From: Candidatus Latescibacterota bacterium
Lineage (GTDB): Bacteria > Latescibacterota > CBDEFO01
DNA: 64,000 bases
Assembly (NCBI GenBank): GCA_965237525.1
Contig: CBDEFO010000004.1
Location: forward strand, 160,001 to 224,000
Direction of reading: 5' to 3'
Shown: in pieces, positions 10,457 through 20,019 of the stretch
How positions within the stretch are numbered: the first letter of the stretch is position 1
Layout of the letters: every line of letters starts with the position of its first letter
Notes under the pieces: generated by a model
The model's input: only the letters and a program-made list of their open reading frames with translations
What the model was told of the DNA's origin: nothing
Databases searched by the model: none
Position numbers and translations under genes: made by a program

Positions 10457-11221
10457 ATGATAAGACTAAGCCTGACATTTGTGCTACTTTATGCGTCTTT
10501 GGTCTTTCCCCCCGATAAGTCAGTTGCAGAGGAGATATTACGGGGATCGGCCGACGAGTTCGATGCTATAAAGATCCTCCCTCCCGATGACAAGTCCGAC
10601 AAGGAAAGGATAGTCTATGGGGATAACAGAGGCATCATTCACATACTCAAGCGGCAAAAGAGGGGCTATCTGGAGGAATGGAAAAGCAGAGAATTAGGAG
10701 GAGCAATCGGCGAAGTCTTCGTGGAGGATATGGACCTTGATGGTCAATTGGAGATAGTTGTCTATACCAACACAGGCAGGATATATTTCTGGGACCCCAG
10801 GACGCACAGGCTCATCTGGCAGTCTATACAGACCAAGTTCGAATCGATAACCTGTATGGAGATATACAACGTTGACGACGACGATCAGAAAGAATTTATT
10901 TTCATAGCGGATTCCCACCTTTACATATACGATGGTAAGGATCACTTCGAAGAGTGGAGGAGCGATAAGGAATACACAGCAGAAGATATGGTAATAGCCG
11001 ATTTTGATGCAGACGGCCAAGATGAGATAGTCTTAAATACAGGTTTTGTCCTGGACGCTAGATTCCGGGATTTTGAGTGGCGATACAGAGAACCGTTCGG
11101 TGATAGGCTCGGCATGCTGGACATAGACGACGACGGCATTTTAGAACTGATAGGTGAATCTGCAGGACGATTTTTAAGGATCTTTGACCTCGACTTGAAG
11201 AGGGAAAAATTGTTGGATTAA
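10457..11221 (+). CDS. secreted FG-GAP/VCBS-repeat protein
   Basis: Signal peptide; repeated DxDxDGxxEIV motifs. Confidence 0.75.
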   Translation: MIRLSLTFVLLYASLVFPPDKSVAEEILRGSADEFDAIKILPPDDKSDKERIVYGDNRGIIHILKRQKRGYLEEWKSRELGGAIGEVFVEDMDLDGQLEIVVYTNTGRIYFWDPRTHRLIWQSIQTKFESITCMEIYNVDDDDQKEFIFIADSHLYIYDGKDHFEEWRSDKEYTAEDMVIADFDADGQDEIVLNTGFVLDARFRDFEWRYREPFGDRLGMLDIDDDGILELIGESAGRFLRIFDLDLKREKLLD

Positions 11222-11349
11222 GAGCAATACCACTCCAGTGGTGATATGCTGACAATTACATGACAAGAAAAGGTAAGGAGAGCCAAAGTAACACCCCAAA
11301 GGGAATATAAGAACTCCCAAGAATAGGACAATGATACACAGGGAGGAAC

Positions 11350-11562
11350 ATGGAAACGGTAAAAGGTAAGATAAGATTTATTGTTTATCACAATCCCAAA
11401 GAGATATCCGAGATCAACATCAACGGCGAATCCTTGCATTGGGGCAACATAGGAGAGTGGGGGGAAGTGCTGAGAGAGGCACATAACTCCAGCAGAGTCG
11501 TAGAGGTCATCTACGACGGAGAAAAAGCGGATGTCAAGATTATGAAGGTAATTGTACTATAA
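11350..11562 (+). CDS. small hypothetical protein
   Basis: 70-aa ORF with GGGAGG RBS. Confidence 0.55.
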   Translation: METVKGKIRFIVYHNPKEISEININGESLHWGNIGEWGEVLREAHNSSRVVEVIYDGEKADVKIMKVIVL

Positions 11563-11605
11563 GACGGCCAAGGCATAGGCTAAGGCCAAGAAAGAGAGCA
11601 AGACG

Positions 11606-12793
11606 ATGTCAAAAGAGGTCAATGTAGGCCTGGTCGGCTATGCGTTTATGGGCAAGGCACACAGCCATGCCTACAAGGACGTATCCATGTTTTTTGACAT
11701 TGATGCTGTGCCGGTGATGAAAGCTATGTGCGGAAGGACCCGAAGGGCGGTGGCGGAGGCAGCCGAGAAGTTCGGTTGGGAAAGCTACGAGACTTCGTGG
11801 GAAAACCTAATAAAAAGAGACGACATAGACCTTGTGGACATATCGACTCCGGGGGATACTCACAGGGACATAGCTGTAGGGGCGGCTGAGGCTGGAAAGC
11901 ACGTCTTTTGTGAAAAACCGCTTGCAAACAACCTATCTGAGGCAAGAGAGATGCTATCTTCGGTGGAGGAGGCGGGTGTGAAAAACATGGTGGCGTTCAA
12001 CTACAGGCGGATACCTGCCGTGGCACTGGCTAAAAAGCTCATCGATGAAGGGAGAATAGGAAAGATATATCACTGGCGAGCTACATACCTCCAGGACTGG
12101 GTTATGGATCCCGATTTCCCCTTAGTGTGGAGGCTCCAAAAGGAAAAGACCGGATCTGGTCCGCACGCAGATTTGAACGCTCACATTATAGATATATCGC
12201 ACTATCTGGTGGGCGATATATCCGAGGTTGTCGGGATGTCGGAGACGTTTATAAAGGAAAGGCCGCTCCCGGAGGCGACGGACGATGCCCTGAGGGCGTC
12301 CGCTGGGCCTGTCCCCGAAGGATTCAATCGGGGAAGCACAAGGGGAGAGGTCACGGTGGACGATGCCACCTTGTTCTTGGCCAGGTTCGAAAACGGAGCT
12401 TTGGGCTCTTTCGAGGCGACGAGATTTGCGGGAGGGAGGAGAAATTACAACAGGTTCGAGATTAACGGGAGCGCGGGATCTATCGCCTTCAATCTTGAGA
12501 AGATGAACGAGCTTGTGTACTACAACCGCGAAGACGAGGGACATATCCAAGGCTTCAGAGAGATCATGGTCAACGAGAGTGTACATCCCTATATTTCAGC
12601 CTGGTGGCCTCCGGGACATATCATCGGCTGGGAGCACACCTTTGTTCACGAGGTAAAGGACCTGATGGACGCCATAGCCAATGACACTCAAGCCCATCCC
12701 GATTTTGCGGACGGAGTCAAGTGTCAGGCTGTGCTTGAAGCTGTGACTAAATCGGTGGAGGAGAGCAGTTGGATTAAGGTCTCGGAGCTTTAA
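11606..12793 (+). CDS. Gfo/Idh/MocA family oxidoreductase
   Basis: GLVGYAFMG, HVFCEKP, AFNYRR, DLNAHIID and WWPPGH; contains palindrome-derived PVPEGFNRG. Confidence 0.92.
   Translation: MSKEVNVGLVGYAFMGKAHSHAYKDVSMFFDIDAVPVMKAMCGRTRRAVAEAAEKFGWESYETSWENLIKRDDIDLVDISTPGDTHRDIAVGAAEAGKHVFCEKPLANNLSEAREMLSSVEEAGVKNMVAFNYRRIPAVALAKKLIDEGRIGKIYHWRATYLQDWVMDPDFPLVWRLQKEKTGSGPHADLNAHIIDISHYLVGDISEVVGMSETFIKERPLPEATDDALRASAGPVPEGFNRGSTRGEVTVDDATLFLARFENGALGSFEATRFAGGRRNYNRFEINGSAGSIAFNLEKMNELVYYNREDEGHIQGFREIMVNESVHPYISAWWPPGHIIGWEHTFVHEVKDLMDAIANDTQAHPDFADGVKCQAVLEAVTKSVEESSWIKVSEL
12309..12334 (+). repeat. intragenic copy of the palindromic element, translated in frame
   Basis: CTGTCCCCGAAGGATTCAATCGGGGA is identical to the reverse complement of 17622-17647. 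Confidence 0.9.
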
Positions 12794-12796
12794 AAT

Positions 12797-12846
12797 TGTA
12801 GGGGCTGGGTCCTCTAGCCCTTGGGCGAGGAAACCTCGCCCCTACA
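12797..12846. repeat. GTAG-type REP doublet
   Basis: TGTAGGGGC...GCCCCTACA ends; internal hairpins GGGCT..AGCCC and GGGCGAGG..CCTCGCCC. Confidence 0.8.
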
Positions 12847-12877
12847 AAGAAATTGCAAAGCAAACGAGGATTGTCAA

Positions 12878-13840
12878 ATGAAACTTGGTGTCTTAACCGC
12901 ACTGTTCGGAGAACGGTCGCTAGAAGAGACTCTGGACTATCTATCTAAAGCGGGTCTGAGCGTGGTCGAATTAGGAACTGGCGGTTATGGGGGAAGTCCG
13001 CACTGCGACCCGGATGAGCTTTTGGGAAACGAGGACAAGCTCAACACTTTCAAGAAGACAATCGAAGACAGTGGATTCGAGATCAGCGCTCTCTCCTGCC
13101 ACGGCAATCCGATCCACCCGAACGAGGCGATAGCCAAAGAGCACCACGATGCCTTTGTGAAGACCTGTCAGTTATCCGAAAAGCTCGGAATCGATAGGAT
13201 TAACGGATTTTCCGGATGTCCGGGAGATTCGGACGACGCCAAGTACCCCAATTGGGTGACCTGTCCCTGGCCACCGGATTTTACAGAGATCGTAAACTGA
13301 CAGTGGGAGGAAAAGGTCATCCCCCACTGGCGCCAAGCGGCCAAGATACTTTCAGATCACGGCGCCAAGATCTGTATAGAGATGCATCCGGGCTTTGTGG
13401 TCTACAACTCAGAGACGCTTTTGAAGCTCAGGAACGAGTGTGGAGATAATATCGGTGCCAACTTCGATCCGAGCCACCTGTTCTGGCAGGGGATGGACCC
13501 CATCGCGTGCATAAGAGAATTAAGAGAGGCGATATTCCACGTGCACGCTAAGGACTGTATGGTCTACGAGGCTAACTCATCGGTCAACGGCGTGTTGGAT
13601 ACTAAACCCTATGGAGATGAGATCAACAGGTCGTGGATATTCAGGACCGTGGGATACGGCCACGGATACGAGTTCTGGAACGACTTTGTGAGCACCCTCA
13701 GGATGGTCGGCTACGACTATGTGATCTCAATCGAACACGAGGACAGCTTGATGTCCGTCAACGAAGGTTTGATGAAGGCGGTGACGTTCCTTCAGGAGGT
13801 CCTCCTCAAGGAGACACCGGGGCCCATGTGGTGGGCGTGA
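12878..13840 (+). pseudogene. sugar phosphate isomerase/epimerase (TIM barrel) with in-frame TGA at 13298-13300
   Basis: The two ORFs are in the same frame (..EIVN*QWEEK..); motifs SALSCHGNP, IEMHPGF, NFDPSH, HVHAKD and SIEHED. Confidence 0.85.
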
Positions 13841-13885
13841 GTTCTGGTATAATCTCTTATAAGAACGGAATGAGTAAAATAAGGC

Positions 13886-13914
13886 TTGACTTATCCCCTT
13901 ATTTTCTTTATCTT
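13886..13914 (+). promoter_or_regulatory. sigma70-like promoter at the left end of the IS
   Basis: TTGACT-17 bp-TATCTT upstream of the transposase. Confidence 0.45.
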
Positions 13915-13936
13915 TGTAGTAACAAAAGGGGAAGTC

Positions 13937-14809
13937 ATGAACCTAATAACAGTCTTTCAAAAGTTTCCAGATCAACAAGCTTGTATCGGCCATTTAGAGC
14001 AAATCCGTTGGCCGGTGATAGCTCTTTGTCCTTTCTGCTCCAGCGATAAAGTAGCACGAAAGGCCGAGGGGGACAAAATTGGCCGCTGGAATTGCCATAA
14101 ATGCACTAACAGCTTTAACGTGCTATCTGGAACCATATTTCAAGGTACCCATATCCCCCTACAGAAATGGTTCCTCGCTATTGCCCTGATGGCCGACGCC
14201 AAGAAAAGCATATCCAGCCACCAGCTTTCACGGGATTTGGACCTGAACCAAAAGACCGCTTGGAGGATGCAACAATGTATCCGCTCCGCCATGACCTCGG
14301 ACGAAGGCGCCTTGCTCCAGGGAATTATCGAGATGGACGAAACCTACGTGGGCGGCAAACCGCGCTACAGAAACGCAGGCAACAAGCGCGGCCGCGGAAC
14401 TAGAAAATCCTCAGTAGTCGGGGCCGTTGAGCGCGGAGGCGAAGTAAAGGCCCAAGTGACCAACGATACCAAGGGCCGGACCCTGCTGGGCTTCATCAAG
14501 CAATCCGTAGAGGTCGCCAAGTCGGCTCTGGTGACGGACGATTACAGCGTCTACCGCAATGCGGGCCGGATGATGCCGCACATAGTCGTAGATCATCGCT
14601 ACGGCTACGTCAATCCTTTGAACCGAGGTATCCACACCAACACCATCGAAGGCTTCTGGGCCCTCATCAAGCGGGCTTGGTACGGCACCCATCATCACTA
14701 CTCCACGCGCTGGATGCCCTTGTTCGTAGGCGAGGCCGCATGGAAGTACAACCGCCGGAATGATCCCGACGGCGGGTTTACTGCGTTTCTGAAGGGGGTT
14801 TTCCGGTAG
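13937..14809 (+). CDS. IS1595 family transposase
   Basis: Zn ribbon CPFC..CHKC, EMDETYVGG, LVTDD and HTNTIEGFW. Confidence 0.95.
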   Translation: MNLITVFQKFPDQQACIGHLEQIRWPVIALCPFCSSDKVARKAEGDKIGRWNCHKCTNSFNVLSGTIFQGTHIPLQKWFLAIALMADAKKSISSHQLSRDLDLNQKTAWRMQQCIRSAMTSDEGALLQGIIEMDETYVGGKPRYRNAGNKRGRGTRKSSVVGAVERGGEVKAQVTNDTKGRTLLGFIKQSVEVAKSALVTDDYSVYRNAGRMMPHIVVDHRYGYVNPLNRGIHTNTIEGFWALIKRAWYGTHHHYSTRWMPLFVGEAAWKYNRRNDPDGGFTAFLKGVFR

Positions 14810-14852
14810 CCAACACCGATCCTAACCCTATAAAGAACTGGTGAGGTAAGTT

Positions 14853-17267
14853 TTGAAAAGGAAGGACAGGGACTTTGCAACTGGAAAGCCCGTAGATCTT
14901 CAGAAGCCTGAAGAGCAGGTGCGTCAGGATACGGAAAGATGGCTTATTGAGGAACTTGGGTATATGTTTGAGCAGATTGATATTGAACATAGAATCAGGA
15001 TAGGGTCCAGCTCTCGCAGGGTTGATATAACTGTCTTCAAAACGGGCGAAAAGACGAAGAGGCACCAACACACGGACGTTCTTGGTTTGATTGAAACCAA
15101 ATATGATTCGATGGTTGAGGCCGAAGAACAGTTATGGTCTTATATGGCCGTGTCCACAGGTTGCGAGTGGGGAGTTGCGGCTACGCCGGAAGCGAGGCAA
15201 TTTTATCGAAAGTCAACCGAAGGTAAGATAGAGAGAATACCCGCAATACCTGTTGCTGGTCTTTCTGTTAACGAGGTGGTCAGGCTCAAGAAATCTGAAT
15301 TACAACCTGCACGAAACCTGAAGTTGAGGTTTAGAAGCATTTTGTACCACCTTTATTCAAACACCAACATTCAAAGTAGAACAAGACTGTGTAACGAGAT
15401 GACGAAAATGTTGTTCTGTAAAATATATGATGAGAATTTGGAATCTCCAACGCCTTATTTTCAGGTTTCATCTGGCGCAACGCATGAGGAAGTTAAGGGC
15501 AGCATAGAGAAAAATCTTTGGGCCGGCGTGCTGATGGAACTTTCTACAGCAGGCGTATTTTCAAAGAACGAAAGTATCATATTAGACCCTGATTCAGTAG
15601 CATATGTTGTTGGCGAACTTGAACGCATAAGCCTAAAGAATACCGATTGCGATGCAATCGGTGCGGCTTATGAAGTATTTGCCGAAAAGTATTTTGTCGG
15701 GGAAAAAGGTGAGTTTTTTACCCCTCGGATCGCCGTGAAGCATGCCGTAAAACTTATAAATCCCAATTATGCAGAAAAAATAATTGATCCTGCGTGCGGA
15801 TCGGGCGGTTTTATCATCTACGCCCTTGAACATGTGTGGGATGGGATCATGGCGACAGGGTTGAATAAGAAGAAGGCTAAGGCCCAGGCGCCGCTTCACA
15901 TTTATGGGATCGACAAAGAACCCGATCTGGTAAAAGTCGCTCGTTCCTATATGGCTCTTATTGGAGACGGCCACACTAATATCGTCGATGCGGATTCTTT
16001 AAAACCGATGGAAAAATGGAGCGAACGATCCAGAGTTGTTTTATCGGGTTCTGACGGCTCGCCAAGAAAGTTTGATATTGTCTTAACAAATCCTCCGTTC
16101 GGCGCTGATATAAAGGTGAAGCATTCTTATATTTTGGAAAATTTCGATCTGGGCCACAAATGGGAACGGAATAAAATTTCAGGGGAATGGCAAAAGACTG
16201 GCATGGTAACACCAACGGCTCCCCAGATTTTATTTCTTGAGTTATGTGTGCGACTCCTGAACGCTGGCGGTAGAATGTGCATAGTTTTGCCAGAGAGCGT
16301 GTTGGGGAATCCCACGCAAAGCCATGTCAGACATTGGATTTTGGATAACTTGAAGATTTTGGCTATTTGGGACTGTCCACAGAATCTATTTTTGCCACAT
16401 ACAAACACCAAGACCTGTATTTTGTTTGCCGAAAAGACAAAGACTAAAAATCAGGTAATAATGATGAGTGTTCTTAAGAAGAGCGGTCATGATGCAAGAG
16501 GCGCGGAAGTGCGGTCCGATACTGGGGATCTGGTTGAAGACTTTTCCAAAGCTGCCACTGATTGGGAAAACAGGCCTGCAAAGGATGATGATATCGAAAG
16601 TTGGCAGGGGGAGGTAAGGTTTTTCATAACCGACAAAAGGCTTCTAGATGATGACATTCTTGTCCCTCGGGTCTGTAGAAGAATAGCTGAACAAGGGCCT
16701 AAAACAGTCAAGTTGCGGGATCTGGAAGGACAACAGTTGATAAAAATAAGGACAGTTCCCTGTGATGTGAGGCAAAGCGAATACGAAATCGGTGGTGCCA
16801 TACCGTTCATTAGGACAACGGACTTTGGAAATATGGAATTGCGGCCACCCGTCCATAGGGTAACAAGATGTGTATATGAAAGAAACCGGAACAACCAGGA
16901 TGTTAAGGCCCTGGATATTTTCATCATTAAAGATGGCACATACAGGATAGGCGAATCAGTCATATTATTGGAGGATGACATAGAAGCAGTTCTCCAAGGC
17001 CATTTCTATAAAATAAGGGTTTTAGACGATAATAGGATAAATCCATACTATTTGTATTGGGCTTTAAGAAGATCACACTCAGTCATTCTCGATCTGGTCT
17101 TGGTGCAATCTACATTATCGTCAATAACTATTGATCGACTTCGGGATATCCGAATTCCTTTTATGTCTGAAAAGGTCCAGGAGGAAATAGGAAAAGAGAT
17201 GGAAAGTATACTTTGTGGCCGAAAAGCGTTTCTTAATCAGTACAACGATCTTTCTCACAAAAAGTAA
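14853..17267 (+). CDS. fused restriction endonuclease / N6-adenine methyltransferase / specificity protein (Type IIG-like)
   Basis: HsdR-N-like PEEQVRQ..VDI..IETK; GEFFTPR, DPACGSGGF and NPPF; C-terminal HsdS-like TRD. Confidence 0.85.
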   Translation: MKRKDRDFATGKPVDLQKPEEQVRQDTERWLIEELGYMFEQIDIEHRIRIGSSSRRVDITVFKTGEKTKRHQHTDVLGLIETKYDSMVEAEEQLWSYMAVSTGCEWGVAATPEARQFYRKSTEGKIERIPAIPVAGLSVNEVVRLKKSELQPARNLKLRFRSILYHLYSNTNIQSRTRLCNEMTKMLFCKIYDENLESPTPYFQVSSGATHEEVKGSIEKNLWAGVLMELSTAGVFSKNESIILDPDSVAYVVGELERISLKNTDCDAIGAAYEVFAEKYFVGEKGEFFTPRIAVKHAVKLINPNYAEKIIDPACGSGGFIIYALEHVWDGIMATGLNKKKAKAQAPLHIYGIDKEPDLVKVARSYMALIGDGHTNIVDADSLKPMEKWSERSRVVLSGSDGSPRKFDIVLTNPPFGADIKVKHSYILENFDLGHKWERNKISGEWQKTGMVTPTAPQILFLELCVRLLNAGGRMCIVLPESVLGNPTQSHVRHWILDNLKILAIWDCPQNLFLPHTNTKTCILFAEKTKTKNQVIMMSVLKKSGHDARGAEVRSDTGDLVEDFSKAATDWENRPAKDDDIESWQGEVRFFITDKRLLDDDILVPRVCRRIAEQGPKTVKLRDLEGQQLIKIRTVPCDVRQSEYEIGGAIPFIRTTDFGNMELRPPVHRVTRCVYERNRNNQDVKALDIFIIKDGTYRIGESVILLEDDIEAVLQGHFYKIRVLDDNRINPYYLYWALRRSHSVILDLVLVQSTLSSITIDRLRDIRIPFMSEKVQEEIGKEMESILCGRKAFLNQYNDLSHKK

Positions 17268-17304
17268 TATATACTGCTATATGGTGGGAAAATCAAGCCT
17301 GATT

Positions 17305-17679
17305 TTACTCATTCCGAATCTCAATACCCTCTTTTTCGGCTTGGGAGACGATGTTGATCTGCTCGGTTTTCCGTGCGTACTCTTCGGGCGTATAGCATAA
17401 AACTTCCAGATTTTCAGGAAGATTCCAGTATCTGCTGACCTCAGCCGACCTTTGAGTAAACTGTATGTTTTGGAATGAGCGTGAGACGAGTATAAGATCG
17501 TAGTCGCTATCTATAAGTTCATCGCCCCTTGCGCGCGATCCGAAGATAATTGCCCTCTGAAGGGGGGACTCCGCGCTAAGTCGCTTCACAAAGCTCTTTA
17601 GGGCTTTCCAATCTATTCCGATCCCCGATTGAATCCTTCGGGGACAGCGCCTGCCTTTTTCAACAGTGTATGAACCCAT
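17305..17679 (-). CDS. minimal nucleotidyltransferase (MNT antitoxin); start uncertain
   Basis: IIFGSRARGD..SDYDLILV. Confidence 0.85.
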   Translation of the reverse strand: MGSYTVEKGRRCPRRIQSGIGIDWKALKSFVKRLSAESPLQRAIIFGSRARGDELIDSDYDLILVSRSFQNIQFTQRSAEVSRYWNLPENLEVLCYTPEEYARKTEQINIVSQAEKEGIEIRNE

Positions 17680-18035
17680 GCTTTTACCTTCTCGGAAGCT
17701 TCTACCAATGTTCCTATCTTAGCTGTATCGTAATTTTGTTCGGGCACTCCGTTTGCCGCATCTGGATATCGGGAGACAGAATACTCAGGGTTCAACAGCC
17801 TTAAAGAGGAGAGGATATTCTCCGGAGCTTCAAGGGTTTTCCCCAATTCTATCAGATTATGCGTTTTAGGCGGCATCTCTCGTTTGATCTCGATAATAGC
17901 TCCTTTGAGAGCCTTCTCTGCAACCTGATGCGAATAGAACGCCGCTGCGGACAGATGCCCGCTCTCCTTCAGATCCCGGACAGTATCCAGATCTATCTCT
18001 GATTGTTCAAGCCAATTTCGCGCTTCAAGTCTCAA
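17613..18035 (-). CDS. HEPN domain protein
   Basis: F.SHQVAEKALKG, PPKTHNL and SRYPD; adjacent to MNT. Confidence 0.88.
   Translation of the reverse strand: MRLEARNWLEQSEIDLDTVRDLKESGHLSAAAFYSHQVAEKALKGAIIEIKREMPPKTHNLIELGKTLEAPENILSSLRLLNPEYSVSRYPDAANGVPEQNYDTAKIGTLVEASEKVKAWVHTLLKKAGAVPEGFNRGSE
17622..17647 (-). repeat. intragenic palindromic element in the HEPN 3' end
   Basis: Encodes AVPEGFNRG; identical to the copy at 12309. Confidence 0.9.
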
Positions 18036-18083
18036 CGTTTGATCCAGCCTTGAGAACTATCAAAGAAAATAGTGGGTAGTCCA

Positions 18084-18112
18084 ATAATAGCTAAAAGCTG
18101 GGCGATTGTCAA
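18084..18112 (-). promoter_or_regulatory. sigma70-like promoter for HEPN-MNT
   Basis: TTGACA-17 bp-TATTAT on the minus strand. Confidence 0.65.
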
Positions 18113-18154
18113 GCTGAATATCCGATAGATCAGGGTCATTCAGTCCCCAGTCCA

Positions 18155-18186
18155 GATTGCTTCGGGGCTTTGACCCTCGCAATGAC
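18155..18186. repeat. GTCATTGCGAG..GAAGCAATC-type REP-like repeat
   Basis: GATTGCTTCG...CTCGCAATGAC; related copies near 30824-30889, 42311-42356, 45566-45677 and 50950-51085. Confidence 0.7.
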
Positions 18187-18300
18187 TCAAGAGCAAAGTA
18201 GGGAATGTAAATTCAAGCCGAAGCACAGAGCAAAGCGAAGGGTCACCGAAGTAATTTCAAGCTTGCCTCTCCGAATCAGAATCCGATCCATATTTTATCC

Positions 18301-18329
18301 TTGCAATTCCGATGACAAAAGCTTATTAT
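18301..18329 (+). promoter_or_regulatory. sigma70-like promoter for dppA
   Basis: TTGCAA-17 bp-TATTAT. Confidence 0.55.
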
Positions 18330-18352
18330 AGATAAAGGCAAATGGAGGTTAC

Positions 18353-19951
18353 GTGTCAGCAAGATTCTTGGCTCTACTACTACTTTTCCTTTTGTTCAGC
18401 GGATGCGGCGATACGTTTGACAAGAGTTCTTCGGATGCCTCGGCTGTCCTTGTGTTCGGGAGAGGAGGAGATTCGGTAGGCCTGGACCCGGCTTTGGAGG
18501 ATGACGGAGAATCGCTCAAAGTATGCGACAATATATACGACAATCTGGTTCAGTACAAGGACGAGACGACAGAGGTAGAGCCGGGACTTGCAAAGTCGTG
18601 GGACGTTTCGGATGACGAGCTAAAGTGGGCATTTCACCTCAGAAGTGGAGTCAAATTCCATGACGGAACTAACTTTAACGCCGATGCTGTTGTCTTTTCC
18701 TTAGGACGTCAGTTCTTCAAGGACCATCCTTTTCACAAAGTAGAGGGGACATATAAATATTGGAAGTCCATGGGGATGGATGACATTATCAAGGATATCT
18801 ACGCTACGGACGATTCTACGGTGGTCATCCAACTTTCACAGCAGAACGCAACGTTTCTGCCGAATCTGGCGATGAACTTTTGCGCCATTGTCAGCCCTCT
18901 TGCTGTGAAAAAGTGGGCAAACGACTATTTCAAGCACCCTGTGGGCACCGGACCTTTCAAGTTTGTCGAGTGGGTCAAGGATGAGAGGATAGTGCTGGAG
19001 AGGAATCCCGACTATTGGGGCGATCCTCCGAAATTGGGAAAGCTCATCTTCAAATCAATCCTCGAAAACTCTGTGCGGTTCTTAGAACTCAAGACCGGCT
19101 CTATCGACGGGATGGACAATGTTATCCCCGATTTTGTAGATGACATTAAATCGGATGACAATCTAAAGCTTTTGACTCAATTGGGCATGAACGTCGGCTA
19201 CCTTGCGATGAATATGGAGATGGAGCCCTTCAACGACAGGAGAGTCCGAATAGCGATAAATCACGCCATAAATAAGAAATCCCTGGTAGACAATCTGTAT
19301 CAGGGGCTCGCTATCCCGGCTAAAAATCCCATTCCTCCTCCTCCGGCTATGTGGGGCTATAACGATAGCATCGAAGATTACGCCTACGATCCCCAGATGG
19401 CAAAAAAGCTCCTCTCAGAGGCCGGATTCCCCGAGGGATTCGAGACCGAGCTTTGGGCTATGCCCGTTCCGAGACCCTACATGCCCCAGCCCCAGAAGAT
19501 AGCCCAGGCGCTTCAGGCGGATCTAACGGCTGTAGGAATCGAGGTAAGGATCGTCCGCTATGAATGGGGGACCTATTTAGATAAGGTGGAGAACGGCGAC
19601 CACCAGATGGCCCTGTTGGGATGGACGGGCGACAACGGCGACCCCGACAATTTCCTCTACGTCCTTTTGGACAAAAACGCCGCGGTTAAACCGGCTCAGA
19701 ACATCGCATTCTACAGGAGCGAGGAACTCCACGAGGTTCTGGTCGAAGCGAGGAGGATCACAGATAGAGCAAAAAGGGCGGAGCTTTACAGAAAGGCGCA
19801 GGAGATCGTACACAGTGATGCGCCCTGGGTCCCCTTAGTCCATTCGACCCAGATGGCGGTGTTTAAGAAGTCTGTGGTAGGGTTCAAACTCCATCCGACG
19901 GGGAATAAGATATTTAAGAACGTGTGGTTCGATTCGTCATTGAAGAACTGA
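18353..19951 (+). CDS. dppA: dipeptide ABC transporter substrate-binding lipoprotein
   Basis: Lipobox FSGC, LRSGVKFHDG, PVGTGPF, MPVPRPYMP and GWTGDNGDPDNF. Confidence 0.9.
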   Translation: MSARFLALLLLFLLFSGCGDTFDKSSSDASAVLVFGRGGDSVGLDPALEDDGESLKVCDNIYDNLVQYKDETTEVEPGLAKSWDVSDDELKWAFHLRSGVKFHDGTNFNADAVVFSLGRQFFKDHPFHKVEGTYKYWKSMGMDDIIKDIYATDDSTVVIQLSQQNATFLPNLAMNFCAIVSPLAVKKWANDYFKHPVGTGPFKFVEWVKDERIVLERNPDYWGDPPKLGKLIFKSILENSVRFLELKTGSIDGMDNVIPDFVDDIKSDDNLKLLTQLGMNVGYLAMNMEMEPFNDRRVRIAINHAINKKSLVDNLYQGLAIPAKNPIPPPPAMWGYNDSIEDYAYDPQMAKKLLSEAGFPEGFETELWAMPVPRPYMPQPQKIAQALQADLTAVGIEVRIVRYEWGTYLDKVENGDHQMALLGWTGDNGDPDNFLYVLLDKNAAVKPAQNIAFYRSEELHEVLVEARRITDRAKRAELYRKAQEIVHSDAPWVPLVHSTQMAVFKKSVVGFKLHPTGNKIFKNVWFDSSLKN

Positions 19952-20019
19952 ATGTCCATTCTCATACCCAATGTTGGTATATCAGAGAATTGAAACAACT
20001 CTATTGAAGGAACAAATAA

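Larger units (their letters stand above)
13866..17316 (+). mobile_element. IS1595-family element with passenger restriction-modification gene
   Basis: Terminal inverted repeats at 13866-13889 and 17293-17316 match at 23 of 24 positions and enclose the transposase and the R-M gene. Confidence 0.85.

Noticed and set aside
13298..13300. Selenocysteine at the isomerase TGA
   Set aside because: The position corresponds to Trp rather than Cys, and there is no redox motif.
13850..17330. Target-site duplication of the IS1595 element
   Set aside because: The flanks TATAAGAA and AATCTCAA do not match.
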